Assembly: GCA_024711145.1 (NCBI GenBank)
Contig: JANJTJ010000002.1
Coordinates: 31,593-95,592 of the forward strand
Direction: 5' to 3'
Source: Balneolales bacterium
GTDB lineage: Bacteria > Bacteroidota > Rhodothermia > Balneolales > HLUCCA01
Length of the DNA stretch: 64,000 nucleotides
Both the position numbers and the translations under genes were made by a program. Shown piece by piece: positions 8,605 to 18,182 of this stretch. Under the pieces are notes generated by a model. The model did not search any database and was not told where the DNA came from. It saw only the letters and a list, made by a program, of their open reading frames with translations. Numbering within the stretch: position 1 is the first letter of the stretch; every line of letters starts with the position of its first letter.

Positions 8605-9579
8605 TCAGAATTGGAGGGCGATGGAGATGCGCTGGGAGGGTTTCAGCGGGTCGATCAGGTAGGCGTAATCCAACCGCAGGCGCAGGCCTGCCACCGCCGG
8701 CGTTTTCAGGCCGACCCCGGCCGTGTAGCGTTCATCATCGATGGAATTGACCCGATATTCGGCACCACCCCGTAGGTAGGCGATGTCCATGAATCCGGTT
8801 TCGAAACCGACGCGGAGTGCCGGATCGATGTCGGCGTGCAGGGCGGGTTTGTAATCGGCGACCACGGTGGTCGAGCCGAACGTCCTGAAACTGGCGCCGA
8901 GGATGAGTTCCGAGGGCAGGTTTTCCGCATAGCCGCCTCGGGCCGGGTTGGTGCTGCTGTTGTTCTCTGAATTCCACGTGAAGGTGTTGGCCACATCCCG
9001 GTAGGCCAGACCGAAGCCGACGCGGTCGTTCGGTCGGTACAGGAGACCCAGATCGATTCCGAACCCGGTGCCATTGCCACGCACCTGTCGGTCGCGGCCT
9101 TCGTTGATTTCATCGGGATCGAAAACGATGTAGTCGCCATCATCGAAGCTGTTATTACCGAATCCGGAGTGGCGGTATTTGATGCCCAGGCCGGCCCGGA
9201 AATCCCCATAGCCATATCCCACACCCAATTGGGCGGAGAATTCGCGGAGCATGTCATCGCCCGATTCGATGACGGTGAGCCCGGCTCCCAACCGATCCCA
9301 GGGCAGGGGCGCCACCAGGGCCATGAACCGGTAGGTGACGAACTCCATCTGGTCGGCATGCGAGAAGGAGGTGACGTAGTGTTCGGCGTCCGACAATCCG
9401 GCGGGGTTCCAGTACACGGCATGTTCGTCGTCGGCCAGGCCGACGAAGGCGCCCCCCATGGCCATGGGCCTGGCGCCGAAACCGATATCCACGTGGGATG
9501 CGGGAAGGTTGCTGAGCCCCTGGGCTTGTACCGCCGGAACCGACAATGCTGCGAACAGAAGAAGCGGGATGGATTTCAT
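8605..9579 (-). CDS. PorV/PorQ-family (FadL-like) outer-membrane barrel
   Basis: It has a signal peptide (VPAVQA|Q) and the motif GARPMAMGGAFVGLADDEHAVYWNPAGLS, which I recognise from PorV/PorQ and UPF0164-type barrels. It ends ...ISIALQF and lies 11 nt downstream of the giant gene. Confidence 0.6.
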   Translation of the reverse strand: MKSIPLLLFAALSVPAVQAQGLSNLPASHVDIGFGARPMAMGGAFVGLADDEHAVYWNPAGLSDAEHYVTSFSHADQMEFVTYRFMALVAPLPWDRLGAGLTVIESGDDMLREFSAQLGVGYGYGDFRAGLGIKYRHSGFGNNSFDDGDYIVFDPDEINEGRDRQVRGNGTGFGIDLGLLYRPNDRVGFGLAYRDVANTFTWNSENNSSTNPARGGYAENLPSELILGASFRTFGSTTVVADYKPALHADIDPALRVGFETGFMDIAYLRGGAEYRVNSIDDERYTAGVGLKTPAVAGLRLRLDYAYLIDPLKPSQRISIALQF

Positions 9580-9590
9580 GATGGGGCTCC

Positions 9591-12500
9591 TTATTTGATG
9601 AGGACGACGGGCAGGTATTCGACCCGGTCGGCCACGCTGTCCTTGAGGCGGATTTCTATGATATACCGCCCGTTCCGGGCCATATCGCCCGAATCGGTGC
9701 GGCCGTCCCAGAGGATTTCGGCCAGGCTGCTGGCACTGCCGTAGCGGCCGGGTTGCTGGAGGTCGTCCTTCAGCAGATGCCTTACCAATTCGCCCCTCAC
9801 ATTGTAGATGCGGATGTTGACCAAGGCTGGTGGGTAGGCCGTGTTCAGCAGATATCCGATCCGAACGGGCCCGGCATCGGGCGAGAAGGGTGAGGGCAGT
9901 ACGGCCGCATGGTTGAGCCCGAGCGGTTCGTTCTGGGCCAGCACGGCGAATTGTCCCATGGTGCGCAGGCCACCGACGGTGCGCAGGTCGCCGACGGAGG
10001 TTTCCAGCTGGGTATCCGCCGCATGGGCCCGGGACAGCGATCCGGTCACTTGGGAATCCAGCACTCTCCAGGAAAGCACCAACGGATCGAAATAGGCGAC
10101 CACTTTGTCGCCCTCGAGGAACCGGAAGGAATCGTCGACCGGGATCTCCAGTTCCACATCCTGCACGAAGGAACCGGTGGATAGGTTGAACCGGTAGATG
10201 GTTTCGGAGGTGGTGAAGGCATCGTCCGTGCCGAAGGGCATGACGTACCGTTTCACGGATTCGGGCCTCACCCGCCGCAGGGTGATTTCAGAGGGACCAC
10301 TCACAGCCTGGGTGGGTATGCGAAGGGTCACGCCTTGCAGGTCCGACAGGGTGTAATTCTGGTCGGCTTGTACCGATGCGGCCAGTACGACCGGATCGGT
10401 GGTTTCGGTGATGCCGGTGCGGGTATCGTGCACCTGCACCTGGAACTCTCCGAGATAGGAGGTGGAAGCCGCACGGAAGACCCCGCTGGACGAAATGGTA
10501 CCGGCCACGCTCGGAATCACGCTCCATTCCAACCCCGATCCCAGCGCCAGGGAGCGGCCCGTCAGGTCGGTGGCGGTGTAGCTGAAGGCCGCCGCCGCCG
10601 CATTCGATACCTGGGAGCCCGGTGTGCGCAGGGTGATCGCCGCTACCGGCACATCGGTGACCGTAATCGATTGGGAGCCGGTGAGTTCCACTCCGTTCAG
10701 CGCCAGCACGGTCCGGATGGTGTAGTTGCCCGCCTGAACCGCTTTGAACCGGATGCCGGCACCCGTGCCGCTCTCCAATTCCAGTCCGGTGGGCAGGGTC
10801 CAGGTGATGGTGCCCGAACCGGATTGGAATTCATCCAGGATGGATTGGTTCAAGCCGTCCGATATGGCCAGTTCGAGCGTGTATGAATCGTTCACACGCA
10901 GGTTGAGGCCGGCTATCTGCGGGGTGTATCGGAACGTGCTGAGGATGCCGCTGGCCAGGGGCGTGATGGTGCGGTCGATGGACCGGTATTGCCGTCCATC
11001 ATGTGTGGCAGACACGAAATAAACCACCGGTTCTATGGAGAAGAGGGCCGGAATCCGGGCTTCGAACCCGTTCTCGGTGGGGGTCATGTCCACCGTCGTG
11101 AAGCCGGGTGTGGAGCTTTGCCGGTAGTGCAACTGCAGAGTGGGGGTGATGGGCACGAATCCGGCTTCGTGGCTGATGCGCACCACGCTTTCCTCATCGG
11201 CCAGGATCTGGGTCAACGGGGTGATCCGGTACGGCATGAGCACCGTGGTCTCAACCCGGCTGGTGTCGGTCGTCAGGGTCACCAGCGTCGGCGCGACCGG
11301 CCTCAGATAGCCGATGCGCTCGAAATTGGCCACATAGGTGGCTTGGCGCAGGTTGTCGCCGGACGTGAACAGGCCGGTGTTGCCGATGAGGGTGGTGGCC
11401 GGTGTGGCGCCTTGCCGGCCGAACTGGACCTGCACTCCGGGCAGCGGATTCACGCCGTCGGAAGTGCGGATCCGGATCCGACCGCTTGGAACGAGGAAAT
11501 CCTGGGCATCCACCCATTGTCCGATGCGCGATCCCGTTACGCTGAGCAGTTGGGTGAGGGTCACATCGCCCACCGTCGCCCGGACCTCGAATGTGGTGGT
11601 GTCGGTCGCACCCGTCCGAATGGGGTAATCTTCCATGTAGAAGAACCCGTTGGATGCCGTGGTCACCGACTTGCTCGTGCTACCCACGGCGCTGATGGTC
11701 ACGTTCGGTACGGGTTGCCCGAGTCGGGTGACCCGGCCCCGCAGGTTGATGACGGCGGGGTCCAGGTCGATGAACAGCCCGGTCTTGCTTTCACCCACGC
11801 CCACGGCTACCGTCAGGGTATCGGTGGTGAACCCGTTTTTGGAAGCGATGATGTGGTAGTTGCCCGCACTCACGGTGGGGAAGGAGAAGATCCCGTTCCA
11901 GATGGTCTGCATGGATTGTGTGGCACCGGTCGCCGTGTTGGTCAGGCGCACGGTGGCATCCGCCAACAGGGTCGGTTCCGTGCCCTGGATTCTGCGTATG
12001 GTGCCCGCAATGCTGGAACTGTTGGGTACACCTTGGAATGTGGCCGCTGCGGTACCGTTCAGCGTTACAGTCACTTCACGACGGGTCGGTTCGAAACTGT
12101 ATCCGGATCGGGTGGGGGTTAGGGCATAGACCACGCCGGCCGGCAATTCGGTCAGACTGACGGTTCCCTGGGCGCCGGTTACCAGGTTGCGATTCACGCT
12201 GCCATCCGAGCTGATCACGGAAACCGCCACGTTGGAGAACGGCTGCCCCTGGTTGGTCACGGTGACCGCTATGGAGCCCACATTGGCCGTCGCGGTCGTA
12301 TTGAAGGTGGCCGTGCCGCCCACACCCAATACCAGATCGGGGCTGGCGGCCGGGTTGAACACGAAGCCGGACCGGCTCACGCGTACCTGGTAGGTTCCGG
12401 CGGCCAACAGCGGGAATGCGTAGGTACCATCTTCGGCCGACGTGGCACTGGTGATCACGGTACCCGCAGGTTGGCTTACCAGCGTTACCGTGGCGCCCGA

Positions 12501-15500
12501 CCGACCCACATTGCCGCTGATCCGGCCGTCGTTCACGGTAACGATCAGATCGAGAACGGCTTCCTCGGCGCCGTCGGGGTAGGCCAGGACCTGTTCGGCA
12601 TTCATATGACCCGGGCGGAACACGCGGGTGGCAACCGAATAGGACACACCGGTAGGCATGTCTCCGATTTCATAGAAGCCGCTGGTGTTGGTGGTCACTT
12701 GGAAGGAGCGGTCGCCCGTCACGAACCGGATTTCGGCCGTTACCGCAAGGGGAGTTCCGTTCTGGTTGGTCACCCGTCCCCGGATCCGGCCGTTGTCCCG
12801 TTTCAACACGAGATTCCGGTCGGCGGTTTGGGATGCCTCCACATTCAGATTGATGGAGTTCTCCCGATAATTGGCAAGCTGGGCGCGCAGGGTGTAGGTG
12901 CCCGGCGCCAGGTTCGGTATGCGGAAGGTGCCGTTGGAGGCCGTGATGGCCGAACCGGCTCCGTTGGGGCCTTGAGCGGTGACCTGTACGCCGGTGAGCG
13001 GGGTTCCGCCACTGAAATTGGTGATGGTTCCGGTGATCACGGCATCGTTCGGTATCAACCCGTCGATGTCGGCACCGATGATGGTCAGGGCTTCGGCTGT
13101 GATCCGCGTCTGCAGGGGTTCGGCCACGCCGTACCCGGTGGCGCTGGCGTCGAGTACATAATCGGCGGGGGGCAGCATGGACAACGTGTACCGGCCGTCC
13201 GCGTCGGTTGTCGCGCTGTGTTCCGTACCCGATTCGGCCGTGGCGGTCACGGTAGCACCGGCCACTCCGGTTCCGGATCCATCCCGGCGTACGGACCCGC
13301 TGATGGAACCCGTGGCCTGAACCAAGGTCAGATCCAGGCGTCGGGTTTGCCCGTCGTTCAATTGGAAGCCGTTCTGTACCTGGGTGATGTAACCCGATCG
13401 CCTGACTTCAACCCGATAACTGCCACCAACCAGCCGGGCGGCGCTGAAAGCCCCGTTGGCATCGGTGATGAGGGATGCCCCGGAACCACCGGCCGACTGC
13501 AGACTTACCACGGCGCCGGCCAATGGCACGGCCGATGCGTCGGTAATGACCCCGGTGATGAACCCGTAGTTCTCGGACAACAGGAAATCGGTATTGACCA
13601 GGTTGTCGCCCAGGTTGAGCGTGATGCTCCGGCGGTCTACCGTGTGCCCCGGCAACCGGGCCGATACGGTGTAGTTACCGCCGGGAAGGCCCAGTGCGTA
13701 GGTACCGTTGGCCCGCGTGAAGACGCTGTCGACCGGAAGGTTGGTATCGGCATGGCGGGCCATGATGCGGACATTCGCCAAGGCGTTGCCGGCCTGGTTG
13801 CGCACAACCCCGCTGAAACTGGACGGATTGGGGGTCAGTTGCAGGGATGTGTTCACCGGTGTGCCACCGGCGGCCAGCACCGGGGTGGTGGCGGTGGCGG
13901 TAGCGTATTGCACCGATTCGTTGCGGATGCTGTAGGCACTTCCCGCAGGCACGGTGAACGAGAAGGTGCCGTTGATGAGCGTCAGGGTGCTCTGGGTGTA
14001 GGTGGCATCGGTTACGGAGGTCACCACCACGCGCAGGTTCCGCACCGGCCCGTTGGCATCGGTCACCACGCCGTTTATGCGGGCGGTGTTCTCGACCAAA
14101 GCGTACCCACGGCCCGTGATCTGTTGCCCCGGCCCCAGCGTGATGGTATCGGGTGTGGAGGGGAGGAAGCCGGAACGGCTCACCACCATGCGATAGCGCC
14201 CCGGTTGCAGACTCATGGTGAAGAGTCCGTCCGAATCGGATGTCTGGGTGGTCGTCTGATTGGTGGAAAGCGAACGCGCCGACACGGTGGCCGATGGCAG
14301 GCTCAACCCGCCCGAGCTCACCCGGCCCGATACCACGCCGGCATTGGCCGACATGCGGAATTCGACCCCGGTTACCTGCTGTGCCGCCGCCACCGTCACG
14401 GTTTGCGAACCGCTGGCCACATACCCCGTGCGCGATGCGGTAAGCGTGTGGGTCCCTTCGGACAGGCTCAGTGTGAAATTGCCCGACGGGCTCGTTTCCG
14501 CCGTGGCGCCGGCCGACGACCGGACCGTGACACCGGTTATACCTACTCCGTCGGTGCCCACCACCCGGCCCGAAACCGAACTGGGGTTGGGTATCATCAC
14601 GAAATCGACGCCGTTCACCGTTTCCTGCACGTTCAATACCAGGGTGGTGGCCGAACTGGTGGTGTAGCCTTCACGCGTCAACCGGATGGTATAGTTGCCG
14701 CTGGTCAGGCTCAGGCTGTACGAACCGTTGGTGCCGGTCACGGTGGAAACCGCGGATCCCGTTGTCGGAATGGCGGATACCGTTACCCCGGCGAAGGTGG
14801 AGAAACCCGTTTGGCCGTCGGCCGTGGTCACCGCCCGGCGCACCACGCCCGTCACCTGGTTGGCCCCCGAGGCGAGGCTGAAGTTCTGGTTCTGGATCTG
14901 CGACCCCACCGATGCCGATACCTGAACCGATTGGGATGCCACGAATCCGGTTTTTGAGGCGTTGACCGTCCAGGTTCCGCTCGACACATTGGCCGAGTAG
15001 AAGCCTTGGGAGTTGGTCAGAGCCTCGATCTCCGTGGTTCCGGACCGGAAACGGACCCGGGCCAGACTGATCGGCGAACCCGACTGGTTGCTCACCGTGC
15101 CGCTGATGGTGGCCATATCGTTGCGGATCACGAAGGGCGTGGCCGTTTCATCCTGGCTCTCACCCAGGTCCACGGTCAGGTTCCGCGCGGTGGATGCGAT
15201 GAAACCGGCCTTGGTTACGGTCACGCTGTAGGAACCGGGATTCACCTGGATGGAGAATTCGCCCAGGTTGTTGCTCAGGGTGGTCCGCTGGGTTCCGGTG
15301 AGGATGTCCACCACCCGAATGGTGGCCTCGGCCACCACGGTCCCGTTTTCGTTCACCACCTTGCCCACGATGGATGAAGGCTGCGGACTCATGGGCAGAG
15401 GCACCCAGGTGGTCTGGTTTTCCCGGATGGTGGCCACCACGGTCAAGGGTTCGTACCCTTGTTTGGTGGCTTGAAACTCATAGGTACCCACCACCAGACT

Positions 15501-16751
15501 GTCGTTCAGGCTGCTGCTTTGCAGGATGTAGCCTACCGTGGATGTGGCACCTTCGTTGATGGCCACCGTCTTGACCTCCACACCCACCAGAACCGAGTTG
15601 TCGCTGGCATCGGTAGCGAAAACAGAGAACTCACCCGCCGGCACCCGGTAGCGGAAGGCGTTCGTCAGGCTGGAGGTGCCATTGCCCAGTTCGTCGTTGG
15701 CTACCACCATCCACCGGTAGCTGGCGTTCTCCATCAGTCCCTGGGTGTTCAGGTCCACCAGGGTGTTGGTGGTGGTGGTGCTCCAGATCGGAATGGCCAC
15801 CTCGGCTCCGGCTTGGGTCAGCATTTTGGACAAGCGCACCGAATAGTTGGTAGCCCCGGTAACCGCCCGCCACTGGAAGGTGATCTGCGGTGTGGATACG
15901 ATGGTGGTGTTGTTGGCCGGAGCCGTGAGAACCGGTGCCGGCAAAGCGGTCGGATTCACATACCGGAAGGGGATGATGCCCCCGAAAACGGGACTCACAT
16001 ATACCGGATTCTGGTCGGCATACAGGTTGAGGATGGTGTAGGAATATTCCTGACCGGCATTCAACGGGGGTGGTTCGTCGGGAAAGGCATCCGAAACGGC
16101 ACCGTAGGTGGCCGAGGTGCCCGTGGTGATGTATTGCCAGACACCCGTCACCCCTGTGATGCTGATGTTGCCGTCGGTCCCTTCCTCGATCTTGAACGGG
16201 GTGCTCGATACGATCACCCAGTAGGCGACCACACCGGGCACCGGTTCCCAGGTGAAGGTGGGTGTTCCCACCGTGATGGTGCCGCGCGGTGCGATCGGGA
16301 AGGCCGCCGTCGGGGCCTCCACGATGATTTCGATCTCGTTCGAATAGATGATGGTGGACGGATTGGCCTGGTAGTTGCCCAGAATGGCGCTGGTGGTGCG
16401 GCCGCTGCCGTTCGTGATGCGGGCGAAGTACTTGCCCGGCGCCAATCCGGCCGACGCCGGCGTGAATTCCAACCGGTTGCCGGTTACCGCCACCTGGGCC
16501 ACATCGTACGAATTGGATACCCGCCCGATCACCAGCGACGCGTTCCGCCCGGTCAGGGAGTAGGCCTCGCCTTGCAGCGTGTTCCAATCCAACCGAACGG
16601 TCCGATCCCGCTTCACCAGCAGTTTTACCGTCCCGGAGCCGTCCGTTTCAATGATTTTTGTGGGCTGTAGCGCGAACGTCTGCGCGGATACCTGGTGGGC
16701 TGCCACTCCGAAGTACAGCAGAAGGAGGGCCAACCGGCTCAAACGACTCAT
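9591..16751 (-). CDS. Giant secreted cell-surface protein (2386 aa) with CarboxypepD_reg-like repeats and a FlgD-Ig-like C-terminal domain
   Basis: Signal peptide (HQVSA|Q), then two FN3/Ig-like units (TPTFTWEPVPGVVAYWVIVS, TPQITFQWRAVTGATNYSVRLS). About 17 modules of roughly 86 aa follow, then Big_2-like segments. The tail reads LPSPFSPDAGPVRIGY...IRIYNVRGELVRHL...ILWDGRTDSGDMARNGRYIIEI. Confidence 0.85.
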   Translation of the reverse strand: MSRLSRLALLLLYFGVAAHQVSAQTFALQPTKIIETDGSGTVKLLVKRDRTVRLDWNTLQGEAYSLTGRNASLVIGRVSNSYDVAQVAVTGNRLEFTPASAGLAPGKYFARITNGSGRTTSAILGNYQANPSTIIYSNEIEIIVEAPTAAFPIAPRGTITVGTPTFTWEPVPGVVAYWVIVSSTPFKIEEGTDGNISITGVTGVWQYITTGTSATYGAVSDAFPDEPPPLNAGQEYSYTILNLYADQNPVYVSPVFGGIIPFRYVNPTALPAPVLTAPANNTTIVSTPQITFQWRAVTGATNYSVRLSKMLTQAGAEVAIPIWSTTTTNTLVDLNTQGLMENASYRWMVVANDELGNGTSSLTNAFRYRVPAGEFSVFATDASDNSVLVGVEVKTVAINEGATSTVGYILQSSSLNDSLVVGTYEFQATKQGYEPLTVVATIRENQTTWVPLPMSPQPSSIVGKVVNENGTVVAEATIRVVDILTGTQRTTLSNNLGEFSIQVNPGSYSVTVTKAGFIASTARNLTVDLGESQDETATPFVIRNDMATISGTVSNQSGSPISLARVRFRSGTTEIEALTNSQGFYSANVSSGTWTVNASKTGFVASQSVQVSASVGSQIQNQNFSLASGANQVTGVVRRAVTTADGQTGFSTFAGVTVSAIPTTGSAVSTVTGTNGSYSLSLTSGNYTIRLTREGYTTSSATTLVLNVQETVNGVDFVMIPNPSSVSGRVVGTDGVGITGVTVRSSAGATAETSPSGNFTLSLSEGTHTLTASRTGYVASGSQTVTVAAAQQVTGVEFRMSANAGVVSGRVSSGGLSLPSATVSARSLSTNQTTTQTSDSDGLFTMSLQPGRYRMVVSRSGFLPSTPDTITLGPGQQITGRGYALVENTARINGVVTDANGPVRNLRVVVTSVTDATYTQSTLTLINGTFSFTVPAGSAYSIRNESVQYATATATTPVLAAGGTPVNTSLQLTPNPSSFSGVVRNQAGNALANVRIMARHADTNLPVDSVFTRANGTYALGLPGGNYTVSARLPGHTVDRRSITLNLGDNLVNTDFLLSENYGFITGVITDASAVPLAGAVVSLQSAGGSGASLITDANGAFSAARLVGGSYRVEVRRSGYITQVQNGFQLNDGQTRRLDLTLVQATGSISGSVRRDGSGTGVAGATVTATAESGTEHSATTDADGRYTLSMLPPADYVLDASATGYGVAEPLQTRITAEALTIIGADIDGLIPNDAVITGTITNFSGGTPLTGVQVTAQGPNGAGSAITASNGTFRIPNLAPGTYTLRAQLANYRENSINLNVEASQTADRNLVLKRDNGRIRGRVTNQNGTPLAVTAEIRFVTGDRSFQVTTNTSGFYEIGDMPTGVSYSVATRVFRPGHMNAEQVLAYPDGAEEAVLDLIVTVNDGRISGNVGRSGATVTLVSQPAGTVITSATSAEDGTYAFPLLAAGTYQVRVSRSGFVFNPAASPDLVLGVGGTATFNTTATANVGSIAVTVTNQGQPFSNVAVSVISSDGSVNRNLVTGAQGTVSLTELPAGVVYALTPTRSGYSFEPTRREVTVTLNGTAAATFQGVPNSSSIAGTIRRIQGTEPTLLADATVRLTNTATGATQSMQTIWNGIFSFPTVSAGNYHIIASKNGFTTDTLTVAVGVGESKTGLFIDLDPAVINLRGRVTRLGQPVPNVTISAVGSTSKSVTTASNGFFYMEDYPIRTGATDTTTFEVRATVGDVTLTQLLSVTGSRIGQWVDAQDFLVPSGRIRIRTSDGVNPLPGVQVQFGRQGATPATTLIGNTGLFTSGDNLRQATYVANFERIGYLRPVAPTLVTLTTDTSRVETTVLMPYRITPLTQILADEESVVRISHEAGFVPITPTLQLHYRQSSTPGFTTVDMTPTENGFEARIPALFSIEPVVYFVSATHDGRQYRSIDRTITPLASGILSTFRYTPQIAGLNLRVNDSYTLELAISDGLNQSILDEFQSGSGTITWTLPTGLELESGTGAGIRFKAVQAGNYTIRTVLALNGVELTGSQSITVTDVPVAAITLRTPGSQVSNAAAAAFSYTATDLTGRSLALGSGLEWSVIPSVAGTISSSGVFRAASTSYLGEFQVQVHDTRTGITETTDPVVLAASVQADQNYTLSDLQGVTLRIPTQAVSGPSEITLRRVRPESVKRYVMPFGTDDAFTTSETIYRFNLSTGSFVQDVELEIPVDDSFRFLEGDKVVAYFDPLVLSWRVLDSQVTGSLSRAHAADTQLETSVGDLRTVGGLRTMGQFAVLAQNEPLGLNHAAVLPSPFSPDAGPVRIGYLLNTAYPPALVNIRIYNVRGELVRHLLKDDLQQPGRYGSASSLAEILWDGRTDSGDMARNGRYIIEIRLKDSVADRVEYLPVVLIK
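11226..15629 (-). repeat. Array of about 17 tandem CarboxypepD_reg-like modules (protein-level repeat, aa 375-1842)
   Basis: The pattern G.V...G.P...A.V......T.T...G.F/Y.....G.Y.V..S..GF/Y recurs every ~86 aa. Examples: SIVGKVVNENGTVVAEATIRVVD...GSYSVTVTKAGF and FITGVITDASAVPLAGAVVSLQ...GSYRVEVRRSGY. The modules are diverged at the DNA level. Confidence 0.8.
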
Positions 16752-16889
16752 GATGGAATTGCCAATAGGTGAACGGACGACTGCAAGGCCCTGCGGGCGT
16801 TTACATTGTAGTCAATTCACCAGCCGGATGACAATAGGTGTTTCCCCTCATTTTGGGGTTCGACCTGTCAGCGGACGGCCTTCGGCCGT

Positions 16890-17348
16890 TCAGTTTTTCG
16901 CCCGTTCCGGTATGATCTGGTCGTATACCACCCAGGCGTCGGGGAAGGCGGTTTTGAGGATTTCGGCCCATTCCTGGGCATAGGTACGTTTCCTGAAATC
17001 GCCCACGTGCACTTTGTAGAAGGGTTGTTTGAACTGCACGTACACGGCTATGGCATCGTCGGGATAGTACATGGCCAACCACCGTTCGCTATCGGCCTTC
17101 AGACGGTCGGCTTCGGCCAGGTCGGTGGTGGAACCCAACTGCACACGGAAACCGGCGTTGCGCACGGTGCGGGTGCGGGCCGTGCTGTCGGCGCGCAGGG
17201 CTTCGGGGATGTCGTGTGTCAGGATGGCGAACCGGTCGCTCAGACGGCTGCGGTACCGGGCCCAATCCACCGGTTCCAGGCGCTGGGCCCAGGCGGGCGC
17301 GGCGGCGAAGGCCAGCACGAGCAGGATCAGAAGCCGACGGGATGCCAT
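16890..17348 (-). CDS. SPOR domain-containing protein (152 aa)
   Basis: ATG 17348 gives MASRRLLILLVLAFAAAPAWA|Q. The C-terminus FRVQLGSTTDLAEADRLKADSE...YKVHVGDFRKRTYAQEWAEILKTAFPDAWVV fits SPOR. Confidence 0.75.
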   Translation of the reverse strand: MASRRLLILLVLAFAAAPAWAQRLEPVDWARYRSRLSDRFAILTHDIPEALRADSTARTRTVRNAGFRVQLGSTTDLAEADRLKADSERWLAMYYPDDAIAVYVQFKQPFYKVHVGDFRKRTYAQEWAEILKTAFPDAWVVYDQIIPERAKN

Positions 17349-18169
17349 GTGGTCTTGGTTTCCGTGAGGGCCAGGATGCGGTACGGATCGGCCGCGGGCC
17401 CCTCCCAGAACGTGAGGCGTTTCAGGTTTCGTACCGCATCGAGTTGGAGCTGTTTGCGCTCGGCATCGTCGGCACCTACGGCCACCACGGCGTTCACATC
17501 CATATGACCGGCCAGATGCGGACGCAGCTCGGCCCGTTCGGAAACGAGCAGGTTCACCACGCCGGCGGGAAGGTCGCTGGTACCCAGCACTTCGCCGAAG
17601 GTGAGGGCGCTGGCCCCGATGGCGGCCGGACCCACCCACACCACCGTATTCCCCGAGGCGATAACGGGGGCCAGGCTGGCGGCCAACGCCTGCAGCGGGG
17701 CGGCCGCATCGGCAAGCACGCCGACCACACCGGTGGGCTCGGGTACCGAAAAGTTGAAATGGGCGCTGGATACCGGGTTCACGGCGCTGAACACCTGCTG
17801 GTATTTATCGCACCATCCGGCATAATGCACCCACAGGTCGATGGCGGCGGCCACATCGGCCTCGGCGGCCTTGGCGGTGGCTCCCTCGCGCATGCGCTCG
17901 GCAACGAATTGGGTTTTGCGGCCTTCCATCATCTCGGCGATGCGGTACAGGATCTGCCCCCGGTTGTAGGCGCTGCGGCCGGCCCATCCGCTCTGTGCGC
18001 CGCGTGCGGCCACCACGGCGTTGCGCAGGTCCTTGCGGCTGGCCCAGGCGATGTTGGCCACCAGGCCTCCTTTCTTGTCGCGCAGGGGCAGGTAACGTCC
18101 CGATTCGGAGCGTTCGTAGGCGCCACCGATCAGGAGTTTGTAGGTTTTCAGAACATCCAATCGTTGCAT
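17327..18169 (-). CDS. Aldehyde-dehydrogenase-like protein, half-length (280 aa), lacking the catalytic domain
   Basis: It aligns by eye with the N-terminal, cofactor-binding half of ALDHs (KLLIGG..., RNAVVAARGAQSGW, NRGQILYRIAEMMEGRK, YYAGWCDK-like HYAGWCDKY, EPTGVVGV, GNTVVW). It stops near the position of the ELGGK motif, and there is no catalytic Cys segment. Confidence 0.6.
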   Translation of the reverse strand: MQRLDVLKTYKLLIGGAYERSESGRYLPLRDKKGGLVANIAWASRKDLRNAVVAARGAQSGWAGRSAYNRGQILYRIAEMMEGRKTQFVAERMREGATAKAAEADVAAAIDLWVHYAGWCDKYQQVFSAVNPVSSAHFNFSVPEPTGVVGVLADAAAPLQALAASLAPVIASGNTVVWVGPAAIGASALTFGEVLGTSDLPAGVVNLLVSERAELRPHLAGHMDVNAVVAVGADDAERKQLQLDAVRNLKRLTFWEGPAADPYRILALTETKTTWHPVGF

Positions 18170-18182
18170 AAGAGGGGCTTTA

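Noticed and set aside
12471-14957. Very long ORFs antisense to real genes. Examples: 12471..14957 plus, 3299..5272 plus, 28734..31376 plus, 19525..21642 minus, 59852..61381 minus, 5691..6899 minus.
   Set aside because: Their translations are low-complexity and rich in Gly, Arg, Pro, His and Ala, with no recognisable motifs. Each lies opposite a gene with clear family signatures. These are typical stop-codon-poor shadow frames of high-GC DNA.
16805-16834. A sigma-70-like TTGTCA-N18-TACAAT on the minus strand upstream of the giant gene.
   Set aside because: It cannot be distinguished from chance by eye, and it differs from the TAnnTTTG-type boxes seen at the other promoters in the window. It is not reported as a feature.
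16875-16889. A small hairpin, ACGGCC-TTC-GGCCGT, abutting the SPOR gene stop codon.
   Set aside because: It has a 6 bp stem and a 3 nt loop, with no U-tract in the minus-strand orientation that would matter for the SPOR operon. That is too weak to call a terminator.
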